This document shows, piece by piece, positions 45,668 through 55,605 of a stretch of DNA of 64,000 nt. Every line of letters starts with the position of its first letter. Position 1 is the first letter of the stretch. The translations under genes and the position numbers were made by a program. Under the pieces are notes generated by a model. That model was not told the DNA's origin and did not search any database. It saw nothing but the letters and a program-made list of their open reading frames with translations. This DNA comes from a virus, in IMG/VR virus record IMGVR_UViG_3300032006_002703, positions 1 to 64,000 of that record; one strand, written 5' to 3'.

Positions 45668-46204
45668 TTATTCCCTTCTGTCTTTAGTTTGGACGCGGTT
45701 TCTAACCTCTCTCGCAAGCTCCTTTTTTGCCGCTTTGATTTGCTCGTGTCTTTCTTTTTGAGATTCTTTAAACGATTTAATTAAATCTGCAACCTCTTCT
45801 TTGTTTTTATTTTTTAAATTTTCTTGCAAAACTTTTCTTGCAAGATGGAGCTCATTCTGCAAAAGTTTCATTGCGTTTACTTTTATTTTAATCTCTTCAA
45901 TAGGCTCGGGGCGAGGTCGAGGTTTTCTTCCTTCTTTGTCTGCTTTTATGTTTTCTGCAATCCATTTCGCTAAAGTGCTACTGCCCATTCCAAAACCTCC
46001 TGGTAAGGGTCTGTAGTCTCTTACTTGTAATGCTGGAGGTTTTCCCCAATGTGGAGGAAATGGCTTCCGCTTATTTTCGGATAATTTGGGTTTAACTTTT
46101 TCTATTTCTTTTGTTTGGGGCGGGTTTGGTTTTGACCTTTCTTTTTCGCCGAAAGAAAATCCTGCGACCAGCAGGGTAATTATAATTAAATTTATTGTTT
46201 TCAT
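45668..46204 (-). CDS. Secreted hypothetical protein (FPPHWGxPP motif)
   Basis: Signal peptide; GTGTA-N10-ATG upstream. Confidence 0.7.
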   Translation of the reverse strand: MKTINLIIITLLVAGFSFGEKERSKPNPPQTKEIEKVKPKLSENKRKPFPPHWGKPPALQVRDYRPLPGGFGMGSSTLAKWIAENIKADKEGRKPRPRPEPIEEIKIKVNAMKLLQNELHLARKVLQENLKNKNKEEVADLIKSFKESQKERHEQIKAAKKELAREVRNRVQTKDRRE

Positions 46205-46235
46205 TAAATAATGATACACAAATTAACAAATAAAG

Positions 46236-47519
46236 TCAAGTGGTTAGTTCTTTTAAAACTCTGCCTTGATTTAATATTGGATGTGGCCTTCCGCTGTGAT
46301 CGTAATATTGATGTTTTGGATTAACTCCCATATGGTCATATATCGTCGTTAAAACATCTGGAGGGGTTATGCCTGTTACAGGTTCCGACCCAGTCTTATC
46401 GCTTTCTCCTGCGACCCTGCCCCCTTTTACTTTTCCGCCTGCTATTGCTGCCGCCATTGACCTGGACCAATGGTCGCGACCTCCATTGGCGTTAATTTTT
46501 GGGGTGCGGCCAAATTCTCCCCACGCCACAACCATAACATCATCCATCATTCCTCTTGAATGAAGGTCAATAATTAGTGCGCTAAATGCCTTGTCAAATT
46601 GAGGTAAATTTCTCTCTCCCATGCTTTTGTCGCTAGCCTGATGGGTGTCCCATCCAAATGGAGTTTTTACGGTCACCATTTTTACGCCACCTTCTACTAG
46701 CCTTCTGGCTAAAAGAAGATCTCTGCCAAAACCTTCTCCGTATAACTCTTTTGTGAATGTTGATTCTTTTTCAATATCGAATGCATTTGCGGCTTTGCCG
46801 CTGGTTAGCAATCCTTGAGCCTTACTGTTAAATTCATCTATCGAATCTACCATTCCAGATTTGTCTAGTATACTTCTAAAGCTATCAAATTCTTTTAATA
46901 GATTCTTTCTATTGTCAACAATGTCCACAGTTAAAGATTGATCTAAAGTAAAATTTGTATCTCTATACGGAATAGTGCTAGAGGGCCTGGTCTTTGTTTC
47001 ATAGGGTCCAAACTCATGCGGTAAATATCCAGGTCTAGTGCCGTTGTTATGATTGGGCACTACGACATATGGCGGAACTTCTGCCCCTTTTGAAGCGTGC
47101 TCTGATATTGTAGAACCTATACTTGGATAGAAATTCTGTTGTTGATTGGGGACGGGGGCCTTATATCCAGAATGCATAATCTCGTGCGCAGAACTATGAT
47201 TATTATTGTCGTGATAAAGGCCTTTTATGATTGACCATTTATCCATGCAGTCTGCGCATTTGGCTAAATGTTCGGGCAATTGAATTCCGTCTACCGTGGT
47301 GGGTATAGCCTCAAAATGCCCTTTGAACGGTTGAGGGGCGTAAGGTTTTGGATCAAAGGTTTCATGATGTGAAGGACCTCCGTTCATCCAGACTACTATA
47401 ACTGATTTATTTTTATGTAGACCCGTGCGTTTTTGAGAAGCAAGTAATTGAGGTAATGTCAAATTGTTGGCCCCGAGCATTGCCCCGCTTACTATAAAAG
47501 ATCTGCGAGATAATTTCAT
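46236..47519 (-). CDS. DUF1501-family protein with Tat signal
   Basis: SRRSFI; WMNGGPSHHETFDPKP, LLARRLVE.GV, WDTH, GEFGRTP, GRDHW. Confidence 0.9.
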   Translation of the reverse strand: MKLSRRSFIVSGAMLGANNLTLPQLLASQKRTGLHKNKSVIVVWMNGGPSHHETFDPKPYAPQPFKGHFEAIPTTVDGIQLPEHLAKCADCMDKWSIIKGLYHDNNNHSSAHEIMHSGYKAPVPNQQQNFYPSIGSTISEHASKGAEVPPYVVVPNHNNGTRPGYLPHEFGPYETKTRPSSTIPYRDTNFTLDQSLTVDIVDNRKNLLKEFDSFRSILDKSGMVDSIDEFNSKAQGLLTSGKAANAFDIEKESTFTKELYGEGFGRDLLLARRLVEGGVKMVTVKTPFGWDTHQASDKSMGERNLPQFDKAFSALIIDLHSRGMMDDVMVVAWGEFGRTPKINANGGRDHWSRSMAAAIAGGKVKGGRVAGESDKTGSEPVTGITPPDVLTTIYDHMGVNPKHQYYDHSGRPHPILNQGRVLKELTT

Positions 47520-47534
47520 GCCTTATATATACAC

Positions 47535-47801
47535 TTATTCTTCTTCTTTTTCTGGGAGACTCTCTTTCCATCTCGGCGGATTCAATGGGCATCTGGTTGT
47601 TCCCATTAGCAATTTTGCGCTTGAGCATCCACACGCCCTACATCTCGCAAGAGTGCTATTTCCTAACTCTTGCCACCATTTGCAATCCCTACATAATTCC
47701 AGTCGCTCGTTTAAAACTTCCTTGGTAACCACAGGGTAACCTTGTGATTTCCATTTTTTGAGCGCATTACTTAAATTTTTTGCGAGATCAATAAACTTCA
47801 T
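47535..47801 (-). CDS. Small Cys-rich protein (DUF6171-like)
   Basis: RLELCRDC...CRACGC...CP...W. Confidence 0.6.
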   Translation of the reverse strand: MKFIDLAKNLSNALKKWKSQGYPVVTKEVLNERLELCRDCKWWQELGNSTLARCRACGCSSAKLLMGTTRCPLNPPRWKESLPEKEEE

Positions 47802-47841
47802 TACATAATAATAAAAAACTTGCGAAAGATTTAAATTTTTT

Positions 47842-48438
47842 TTAAAGATCTCCTGCAGCATTCATAATTGCTCCTGCATCTATTCCTTGAAACGGACCAA
47901 GCGGCTGCTTATTTGTTTCTATTTTATCCAGCACTGGAGAGCCTGAGTGCAAAACATATACTACGGTATCATCAACCAATATTATTAGCGCAGAAAAACT
48001 CCAGCCCGTGCTATGGGTAACTTGCTTAAAAGATAACATGTCTTTCCAAAAGCTTCCAATTCTTTTTTTACTGGTTTGTGATATTACTAATTCATAAGCT
48101 TTGCATTTTTCATGCTGATTTAGTGCGTCCTCTATCCCTGGGGGTAATTTAATACTATTGAAAAGGGTACTATCCAGCTTAAATCGCTCCATCACATCTA
48201 AGTAGGTAAGTGTTTTTAGGTTTGGGGTTGACTTGAAGTCAATGCCTAATTTCCTCAGATCTTCTCTTGTAGTTTTATTTGGAATGATTTTATTTATAAC
48301 TTGCTCCATTTGGTTATAGGAGCTCCAGGGAATTGTTGTTCCCTCTTGAGCACTCGGCAAAAGAGTTTTGCAGCTAGATAGAAGTAATACCCCTAGGGCC
48401 ACCAAGATAGAGGTTAGCTTATTGCTTTGCCTTAACAT
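47842..48438 (-). CDS. Lipoprotein
   Basis: LSSC lipobox. Confidence 0.7.
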   Translation of the reverse strand: MLRQSNKLTSILVALGVLLLSSCKTLLPSAQEGTTIPWSSYNQMEQVINKIIPNKTTREDLRKLGIDFKSTPNLKTLTYLDVMERFKLDSTLFNSIKLPPGIEDALNQHEKCKAYELVISQTSKKRIGSFWKDMLSFKQVTHSTGWSFSALIILVDDTVVYVLHSGSPVLDKIETNKQPLGPFQGIDAGAIMNAAGDL

Positions 48439-48697
48439 TTTTAACGCCTGTATTTTTTAGCAATTGTGCGCCCATTCTTATTTTAGTTGTACTATTCAAT
48501 TCCCAAAATCCTACTTTAGGTAAATATTTATCCATGTATTCACAAAGCTCCTTTCGACTCATGTCTTGAAGCTCTTGATCTATTGGGAGTCCCAAAATAT
48601 TATCTTTTTCTTTGTTTGGATATTCTCTAAATTTTTCAACAAAAATATAGAGAGTGCCAACCGAATAGAGTAACCATTTTATTATTAATTGAAACAT
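48419..48697 (-). CDS. Hypothetical protein with N-terminal hydrophobic segment
   Basis: ORF in operon. Confidence 0.6.
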   Translation of the reverse strand: MFQLIIKWLLYSVGTLYIFVEKFREYPNKEKDNILGLPIDQELQDMSRKELCEYMDKYLPKVGFWELNSTTKIRMGAQLLKNTGVKNVKAKQ

Positions 48698-48698
48698 A

Positions 48699-49046
48699 TC
48701 ATCCTTTCTTTATTTTTCTTTTGGCCTTAACGTAAGGCTTCATTAGGTAATGTTTGATGAATCCTCCAATCATTTGCTTTCCTAGTCTTTTTCTTATTTT
48801 ATTTTCATACCTCGTCATTGGGCAATCAATAACCCTGGAGAATGTAATGACTCCTATAAAAGTACAAAGCGGCAAGCATACATACCACGGTGGATTTTGT
48901 GAGGGAGAAAATCCATTATATACTAAAATAAAGAACGCTCCAAAATTACCAAAAACAACTAACCAATGGAGTACTACTACAAGCATCAATTTCAGGCTGT
49001 CTGTTTCTGGCAGAAACCCAAAACGGCGGTTTTTGTTCATCAACAT
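48699..49046 (-). CDS. Membrane protein, DUF2784-like
   Basis: LH in the first TM, CPMTxYENxxR; GTGTA-N9-ATG upstream. Confidence 0.6.
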   Translation of the reverse strand: MLMNKNRRFGFLPETDSLKLMLVVVLHWLVVFGNFGAFFILVYNGFSPSQNPPWYVCLPLCTFIGVITFSRVIDCPMTRYENKIRKRLGKQMIGGFIKHYLMKPYVKAKRKIKKG

Positions 49047-49054
49047 GTATTGTA

Positions 49055-50872
49055 TTACACAATACTCTCTAAAAATTCATGTTCCCCATTTAGGATTTCT
49101 TTTGCTAGCGCATAGTTTTTCTTGTCGTTATTTTTTGATATCGCTTTAAATTTTTCCTCTATTTTTATTTTTGAATTTTTAAATACGCAATCCGCTAGCT
49201 TTCTTGCTTCTTTTGTGTTAATCGATTGAGCTCTCGACGAAGAGGCGGCGATAACAAATAATTCTGCACCGATTTCTGCCAGTCTCCCAAGAAGTAGCTG
49301 CTGTTTATCTAGTGCGGGTCCGTATCTTACCATTGAATGAAAAAGCTTTCTCGCAAGCTTTTTGCTAGTTTTTGAAACATACTTTAATTGACCTTTTAAG
49401 GCGGGATCCATACCATTTGGTATTCTATGAGAAAAAGGGAGCCACTGCTTTGGGTACCATTTTGCATAAAACCATGCCGCTTTAATTGCTGCGACCATTC
49501 TTGTTTTCATTGGCAGTCTACTGTCTAAAACTGCACCTGCTGCCTTGAGGTGGGGATCTAATGCTTCTCTTGCAAGGATGAGTCGCATTATTTCGCTTGA
49601 CCCTTCAAAAATAAGGTTAATTCTTAAATCTCTAAACATTCTCTCTACTGCAGGGTTAAGTTGCCCTCTGTTTTTTAAAGACTGCGCGGTTTCGTAGCCT
49701 CTTCCGCCTCTAATTTGCATTGTTTCGTCGATCATTTTCCAGGCGGTTTCTGTTCCCCACATTTTTGCTATAGCAGATTCAACTCTAATATCGTGATTTT
49801 TATTGTCTGCCATTTGTGCGGTTAATAGTACCATGGATTCCATAGCAAACGTATTTGCAGCAAGGTGAGCTAACTTATCTGCAATTGCGGAATGTTTTCC
49901 TATTACACAGCCCCACTGTGATCTGGTAGACGTCCACTGTCTGCAAACCTTAAGCATCCATTTTGTTGCGCCAACACATATGGCGGGGAGGGTCAATCTT
50001 CCAATATTTAAAGTTCCCAAGGCAACTTTCATCCCCCTCCCTTCTCCTAGTATAATATTTTCTTTAGGGACGTAAACTTCATCAAATTTTACAACTCCAT
50101 TGTATAACGCCTTAAGCCCCATGAACCTGCATCGATTAACTATACTTACTCCTGGCATATCCATGTCTACAATAAAAGCTGTAATTTGCTTTTTTCCATT
50201 TTTGTCTGGGGTTCTAGCCATTACTATGATGTGTTCCGCTTTTAATCCATTGGTGCACCAAAGCTTTTCTCCATTTAATACAAAATGACTTTTGTCTTCT
50301 GAGAGCTTTGCTTCTGTGATCATTTTGGAGGGGTCAGAACCTACTCCATCTTCCGTTAAAGCAAAAGCGCTTACCGCACCATTGCTGAATTTTGGTAAAT
50401 ATTTTTCTTTTTGCTCTTCTGTTCCGTACATCAAAAGGGGTTGGGGCACGCCTATTGATTGATGCGCGGACAGTAGGGCAGATATATTTCCGCACTCCGA
50501 GCCGCAGACCATTGCAGCCTTTGAGTAATTTGTTTGAGATAAACCTCTTCCTCCGTATTCTTTTGGGATCTTGATTGCAAAGGCTCCAATTTTTGCCAGC
50601 TCTTTAAATACCTCATCGGGAATTTCCCCATTTTCATCTATGGCGTCAGGGTCTACGTATTCGGTAAAAACATTTTTTAAATCCGAAGTGAAGTCTTCTC
50701 CCATTTTTGATTGGTGTTCGTTTTGCTGGGGAAATGGAAATATATCGTTAAAGTTTATATTTCCACTATATAATCCACCTGCAAACGTTTTATTTAAATC
50801 CTCTCTCCCTGCTTCCGCAGCCTCAAGTGCGGCAGCTTTATCTTTCGACATTTTTGATGTATCTATTGACAT
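49055..50872 (-). CDS. fadE: Acyl-CoA dehydrogenase (VLCAD/ACAD9-like)
   Basis: FALTEDGVGSD, NGEKLWCTNG, GGRGY, RINLIFEGSSEI. Confidence 0.93.
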   Translation of the reverse strand: MSIDTSKMSKDKAAALEAAEAGREDLNKTFAGGLYSGNINFNDIFPFPQQNEHQSKMGEDFTSDLKNVFTEYVDPDAIDENGEIPDEVFKELAKIGAFAIKIPKEYGGRGLSQTNYSKAAMVCGSECGNISALLSAHQSIGVPQPLLMYGTEEQKEKYLPKFSNGAVSAFALTEDGVGSDPSKMITEAKLSEDKSHFVLNGEKLWCTNGLKAEHIIVMARTPDKNGKKQITAFIVDMDMPGVSIVNRCRFMGLKALYNGVVKFDEVYVPKENIILGEGRGMKVALGTLNIGRLTLPAICVGATKWMLKVCRQWTSTRSQWGCVIGKHSAIADKLAHLAANTFAMESMVLLTAQMADNKNHDIRVESAIAKMWGTETAWKMIDETMQIRGGRGYETAQSLKNRGQLNPAVERMFRDLRINLIFEGSSEIMRLILAREALDPHLKAAGAVLDSRLPMKTRMVAAIKAAWFYAKWYPKQWLPFSHRIPNGMDPALKGQLKYVSKTSKKLARKLFHSMVRYGPALDKQQLLLGRLAEIGAELFVIAASSSRAQSINTKEARKLADCVFKNSKIKIEEKFKAISKNNDKKNYALAKEILNGEHEFLESIV

Positions 50873-50873
50873 A

Positions 50874-52850
50874 TTAGTGTGGTCCTGAAAATTTACTATA
50901 CTCTATGGGGCCACCCTTAAAGGGTGCCCAACCTGTTCCCATGATCATTGCAAAATCGATATCGTCTGTAGTTTTTGCAACCTTTTCTTGTATGCATTTC
51001 TGCGCTTCTTGAGTCATTGACTCTACCATCTTGCTTTCTATGTCGCACAATATGGGGTTGTCTTTTTGCATTTTTAAAAATACTGGGTTTGGACAGACAG
51101 CTTCCCTCCCTTTATACAGGAAGAATCCTTTTCCGCTTTTTCTTCCAAATTGTTTTGTTTCTAGGATTTTATGAATTATTTGAGGGACCTTAAAATCATC
51201 TAGCCTTTTTTCTAAATCAAGCGCTACATGAGCTGCAACATCGAGACCTATTTCATCAAGCAGTCTTAGCGGACCCATAGGCATGCCAAAATCTAACATA
51301 CAGTTCTCTATGGAGGTTAGCGGGTGCCCGTCCGAAAATAATCTTAAAGCTTCAACAAGATAGGGTAATAGGATTCTGTTAACCAAAAAGCCTGGACTAT
51401 CCTTAACCACTACTGGAAGCTTTCCTATTGAGATTACAAATCTTTTTGCTCTATCTTCTGTCTCTGCGCTAGTTTTCTCTCCAACAACAATCTCAACCAA
51501 TTTCATCTTATGTACGGGATTAAAAAAATGAATTCCCACAAAGTTTTCTGGTCTTTTAAGTCCTTTTGCAAGTTCGGTTATTGACAGCGCAGAAGTGTTT
51601 GTCGCGAGAATTGCATCTTCTGCTAGCCCGCTCTCTATTTCCTGCAGGACCTTTGTTTTTAATTCGAAATTTTCTACAACAGCCTCTATCGCTAGACTTT
51701 GCTTACTAAGGGGTACAGAGTTTTTTGTGAAGTTCAGTTTTCCCAAACAATCTCTAACTGTGGGCCTATCTATTTTATGCTTAAGTACCGCAGAAACAAA
51801 AAGTTTGCCTATTTTTTTGAGACCAGATGCTATTGCGCTCTCAGAAACATCCTTTAATAAAACTCTTTTTCCTCTAGAGGATATCCATTGGGCAATCCCT
51901 GCGCCCATTGTTCCTGCGCCAATAACGACAATATCATCATCTATTTGTTTATCAAGTTTCGGGTCATACCATGGCATTCCATGGGGAAGCTTTTTCGCTC
52001 TTTCTTGCAGAAAGAATACTCTTATTAAATTTCTACAAGCCTTAGTTTTTGCGAGAGAAAGGAACCCTTTCTTTTCTAGCTTGAGTGCTGCGTACTTATT
52101 TTTAAAAAAACTTTTTGCCACAACTTCAATTATTTTATTGGGTGCAGGGTAGTTTCCTCTAGTCTTTTTATAAACACTTTTCTTTGATAGAAAAATTGAA
52201 ATCGGCAATAGTATGGCTTGTGTTAATTTATTGACTTTTCTTTTTGGTTTTTTGGAACCACACAAGCTAACGGCCTCTTTAAAAAGATTTTCCTTGTGGC
52301 ACATCTTATCCACCATTCCTAATTTAAGCGCTTGAATTGGGGCATAGATTTTACCAGAAAGCAATGCCTGTAGGGATTTTGGTAAACCAATTATTCTTGG
52401 CAACCTAGTTGTTCCTCCCCATGCGGGTAATATCCCAAGCATAACCTCTGGGAGCCCTAGTTTTGTGCATTTTTCATTGGATGCAATTCTGTATTTACAT
52501 GCAAGAGACAATTCTAATCCCCCACCGAGGCAGGCGCCATTGATTGCGGCCACGGTAGGTATACTTAACCTTTCTATTCTATTAAAACTCTCTTGTCCGT
52601 AGCGCAAAACTCCACGAAGCCACTTTTCGTTTGTTAAATTATCTTTCATGGATAGAAGATCCGCTCCTGCAAGATAAATCGAGGGTTTCTTGCTGACGAA
52701 AATAAGACCTTTAATATCTTTATTTCCTTCGACCTCCTCCAGGATTTCATTCAATCTAATAAAAAAATCCATATTTAAGATATTTGCTTTAGAGTTTGGT
52801 TGATCAAACTCTGCTACTGCAATTCCGTCTGTTATATTAAAATTAATCAT
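50874..52850 (-). CDS. fadJ: Fatty-acid oxidation complex alpha (enoyl-CoA hydratase / 3-hydroxyacyl-CoA dehydrogenase)
   Basis: AGADL, GGGLEL, GLPEV, GAGTMG, EAVVE, HFFNPV, PGFLVNR. Confidence 0.93.
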   Translation of the reverse strand: MINFNITDGIAVAEFDQPNSKANILNMDFFIRLNEILEEVEGNKDIKGLIFVSKKPSIYLAGADLLSMKDNLTNEKWLRGVLRYGQESFNRIERLSIPTVAAINGACLGGGLELSLACKYRIASNEKCTKLGLPEVMLGILPAWGGTTRLPRIIGLPKSLQALLSGKIYAPIQALKLGMVDKMCHKENLFKEAVSLCGSKKPKRKVNKLTQAILLPISIFLSKKSVYKKTRGNYPAPNKIIEVVAKSFFKNKYAALKLEKKGFLSLAKTKACRNLIRVFFLQERAKKLPHGMPWYDPKLDKQIDDDIVVIGAGTMGAGIAQWISSRGKRVLLKDVSESAIASGLKKIGKLFVSAVLKHKIDRPTVRDCLGKLNFTKNSVPLSKQSLAIEAVVENFELKTKVLQEIESGLAEDAILATNTSALSITELAKGLKRPENFVGIHFFNPVHKMKLVEIVVGEKTSAETEDRAKRFVISIGKLPVVVKDSPGFLVNRILLPYLVEALRLFSDGHPLTSIENCMLDFGMPMGPLRLLDEIGLDVAAHVALDLEKRLDDFKVPQIIHKILETKQFGRKSGKGFFLYKGREAVCPNPVFLKMQKDNPILCDIESKMVESMTQEAQKCIQEKVAKTTDDIDFAMIMGTGWAPFKGGPIEYSKFSGPH

Positions 52851-54103
52851 TCGCACGTCTCAATTTCTATAGCGGACCCCTGGCCTCCGCCAACACAGAG
52901 CGAGGCGAGTCCTTTTTTTAGACCCCTTCTTTTTAACTCTTTAGCTAAAGTAAGAATGATTCTTGCTCCAGAAGCTCCAACAGGATGTCCTAGCGCTATC
53001 GCTCCTCCATTAACGTTAAATTTCTCATCTGGAATTTCGCCAATATCGTTTTCGATTACTTTCTTGCATGCAAGTGTCTGTGCGGCAAACGCTTCATTTA
53101 TTTCTATCAAATCCATGTCTTTAAGGTTGACTCCAAGTTTCTTGATTGCAAACACTGGGCCAAGGCCCATTCTTTTTGGGTCGCAGCCAACATGAGTGTA
53201 ATTGTTTATTTTTGCAATAGGTTTTTTTCCTGTTTTATTTAATCCTTCTTCAGTCATTAACAGCAAGGCAACTGCTCCGTCTGTTACTTGAGAAGAATTA
53301 CCTGCGGTTACCGTTCCTTCTCTTTTGTCAAAAATAGCGCGAAGCCTGTTGAGTTTTTCTGTCGTCGTATCTTCCCTGATTCCATTGTCTTTAGTGATAA
53401 CTTCGCCGCTGGGAGAGTTAATGCAATCATCGTTTGAAATGTATATTGGTGATATTTCATCCGCTTGAATAAGACTGGTTGCCATGGAGGCTTTCCCGTG
53501 AGAAAGAAAGGAAAAAATGTCCTGCTCTTTTCTGCTGATTTCATATTCTCTCGCTAAAATTTCTGCAGTCTGCCCCATATTAATTCCAGACAGGGGATCG
53601 TGCAGGCCCATGCGTAAACTAATTTTTGGAGCTAAATCACTTAATCTAAATTTTAAGATTGCTTTTAATTTCTCTTTTTTTGTTTTTGCCCCGAAGAGAG
53701 AAAATATCTTTTTAGACGTTGATCTTGAAAAAAGCAGGGGCATTTGAGACATGCTTTCCGTTCCTCCTGCAAGGAATATATGGCCTTCATTAGCCTTTGC
53801 TTTTGCCGAGGCACACGTTACTGCTTCGAATCCAGAGGCGCAATTTCTATGAACGGTTACTGCTGGTATATTTTTGGGCAAACCAAGTCTTGTTCCAATA
53901 ATCCTAGAAACATTCATTTCGTCAGCGGGCTGCCCAACGCAACCGAATATAACTTCATCTATCAAACCTAGGTCTATGTCTACTTCAGATAGGACTCCTT
54001 TACTCGCTGCAATCCCTAATGCAGACGCAGATTCCTCTGCAAGAGAGGTTCCCATCTTGCAAAACGGGGTTCTTTTTCCCTCTACAATATATAAGTCAGA
54101 CAT
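52847..54103 (-). CDS. fadI: 3-ketoacyl-CoA thiolase
   Basis: RTPF, RNCASG, EINEAFA, GHPVGASG, LCVGGGQG. Confidence 0.93.
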   Translation of the reverse strand: MSDLYIVEGKRTPFCKMGTSLAEESASALGIAASKGVLSEVDIDLGLIDEVIFGCVGQPADEMNVSRIIGTRLGLPKNIPAVTVHRNCASGFEAVTCASAKAKANEGHIFLAGGTESMSQMPLLFSRSTSKKIFSLFGAKTKKEKLKAILKFRLSDLAPKISLRMGLHDPLSGINMGQTAEILAREYEISRKEQDIFSFLSHGKASMATSLIQADEISPIYISNDDCINSPSGEVITKDNGIREDTTTEKLNRLRAIFDKREGTVTAGNSSQVTDGAVALLLMTEEGLNKTGKKPIAKINNYTHVGCDPKRMGLGPVFAIKKLGVNLKDMDLIEINEAFAAQTLACKKVIENDIGEIPDEKFNVNGGAIALGHPVGASGARIILTLAKELKRRGLKKGLASLCVGGGQGSAIEIETCE

Positions 54104-54137
54104 CGGCACAGTATATAGTAAATAATCTGTGAGAAAA

Positions 54138-54542
54138 TTACATTTTCCTTAGCATTAATATTGTTTTTCTTAGGTCTGGGTCTATAGGTTCTGGCAATTT
54201 ATCTATCGAAAAATAATCCCAGTCGTTATGCTCGTAGCCATCTGGAGCACAGACTAGGTTGGGCCTGATTCTTTTAGCGATAGGATAAAGATAGCAAAAG
54301 AAATGTCTATTGTTTGTTATGCGAAATTTATTAACGAAGGTTAGTGCGTATCTAGTTTTAATGAGAGTTTCTTCATACAGTTCTCTTTCTGCAGCCTTCC
54401 AGATCGGCTCTCCAGTTTCTACCATTCCGCATGGGACGCTCCAGTAGCCTTCTAGTTCTGTCCCCTTTATGCATCTTTTAAGCAATAAAACATCATTCTT
54501 GCATTTTAACAAAACTCCTGCGACCTTAAGAGAGGAAGTCAT
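54138..54542 (-). CDS. NUDIX hydrolase
   Basis: GMVETGE...AAERELYEET Nudix box. Confidence 0.88.
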   Translation of the reverse strand: MTSSLKVAGVLLKCKNDVLLLKRCIKGTELEGYWSVPCGMVETGEPIWKAAERELYEETLIKTRYALTFVNKFRITNNRHFFCYLYPIAKRIRPNLVCAPDGYEHNDWDYFSIDKLPEPIDPDLRKTILMLRKM

Positions 54543-55605
54543 CTATGATCTCCTTGTTCTCCCAATGCGGACATCCGTCATATTGCATTATTTTAACTCT
54601 TTCTCCTTTTTTCTCCTTGGGACAAAGTGAGCCCCTGTCTTCGTAGAACGCAGTTTTAATTATGTTTTCATCTTTATCTAATAGGGCCACGTATTTCATA
54701 GGTTTTCTAAAAGGACATATATAATTTTTTATTTTTTTTCCTTTTGCATCAAGAAGGAACTCTCCTTTTCTTTTCTTGTATCCCTCCCTTCCGCAGGCCA
54801 GTGGTCCTCCGAAGCTTCCATCGCTTGGGTAATCTTTTTTAGCTGCATACGAGGCCGTTGCGTTTTTGTAAGAGTAATTTTCTAAATATTTTTGTACTGC
54901 TGTCAATTCATGCTCAAAGCCTTCCAGCTCTTCTTCGCTTATTGATGGCATTTGAATTATTCCTTTGCCTGTTTTTCCTAACAAATCAACTGATAGATCA
55001 AACTTAAGAAACACAAACTCACTGCTACTTTTGTATTCTGGGTATAAATGCTTAACCGCCAAAGAGTACATTAAATCCTGTAGGTTATCTGTTAGGTCTT
55101 TTCCTTTAAAGGTTTGCTTGCTTGATTTGAAATCTCTAATGTTTGCAGTGCCATCTTTGTACAAAAAAAGCTGGTCAATGAAACCTCTTATAGAATATTT
55201 TAACGAACCTTTATTTATGTCTATATTGAATTCTTTTTCTATAAATCTCTTTTTAAGATCTTTATTTTCGTCTCCATAAAAATCATAGCCCAGGCCGTTG
55301 ACAATCATTCTGTTCATGTCCTCCATGTTTTCGTCGTCAATAACGGAAAGTCTTTTTGCGTGGGATTCGATTAACTCTTTAATTTCTGGAACGCACCATA
55401 CATTTCTTTCTTTTAATATTTTATTAAATTGCCTTTTTTTTCCTTTTTGAGCCAGTGTTTCAAAAACTAAATGGCAGATCCAGCCTTTGCTTGCCCCCTC
55501 GTTTGTTGTGTCTGGAAGTTTTAAGATGTACTTGCACCAATATGTCCACGAGCATTGCTGCGCGGTTTTTATTCTGCTCGCGGACAATTTGACAGGCTTA
55601 TTCAT
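54526..55605 (-). CDS. PD-(D/E)XK exonuclease (RecB/AddB/Cas4-like), possible Fe-S cluster
   Basis: LSASRI...C, GFIDQ, DFKSS, Q...Y, C-terminal cysteines. Confidence 0.8.
   Translation of the reverse strand: MNKPVKLSASRIKTAQQCSWTYWCKYILKLPDTTNEGASKGWICHLVFETLAQKGKKRQFNKILKERNVWCVPEIKELIESHAKRLSVIDDENMEDMNRMIVNGLGYDFYGDENKDLKKRFIEKEFNIDINKGSLKYSIRGFIDQLFLYKDGTANIRDFKSSKQTFKGKDLTDNLQDLMYSLAVKHLYPEYKSSSEFVFLKFDLSVDLLGKTGKGIIQMPSISEEELEGFEHELTAVQKYLENYSYKNATASYAAKKDYPSDGSFGGPLACGREGYKKRKGEFLLDAKGKKIKNYICPFRKPMKYVALLDKDENIIKTAFYEDRGSLCPKEKKGERVKIMQYDGCPHWENKEIIDDFLS

Noticed and set aside
43371-54103. Bacterial chromosome or prophage flank instead of phage DNA
   Set aside because: The block is flanked on both sides by phage replication genes, shares the GTGTA motif and dense overlaps, and no integrase or att site is seen. 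Mis-assembly cannot be fully excluded without reads.
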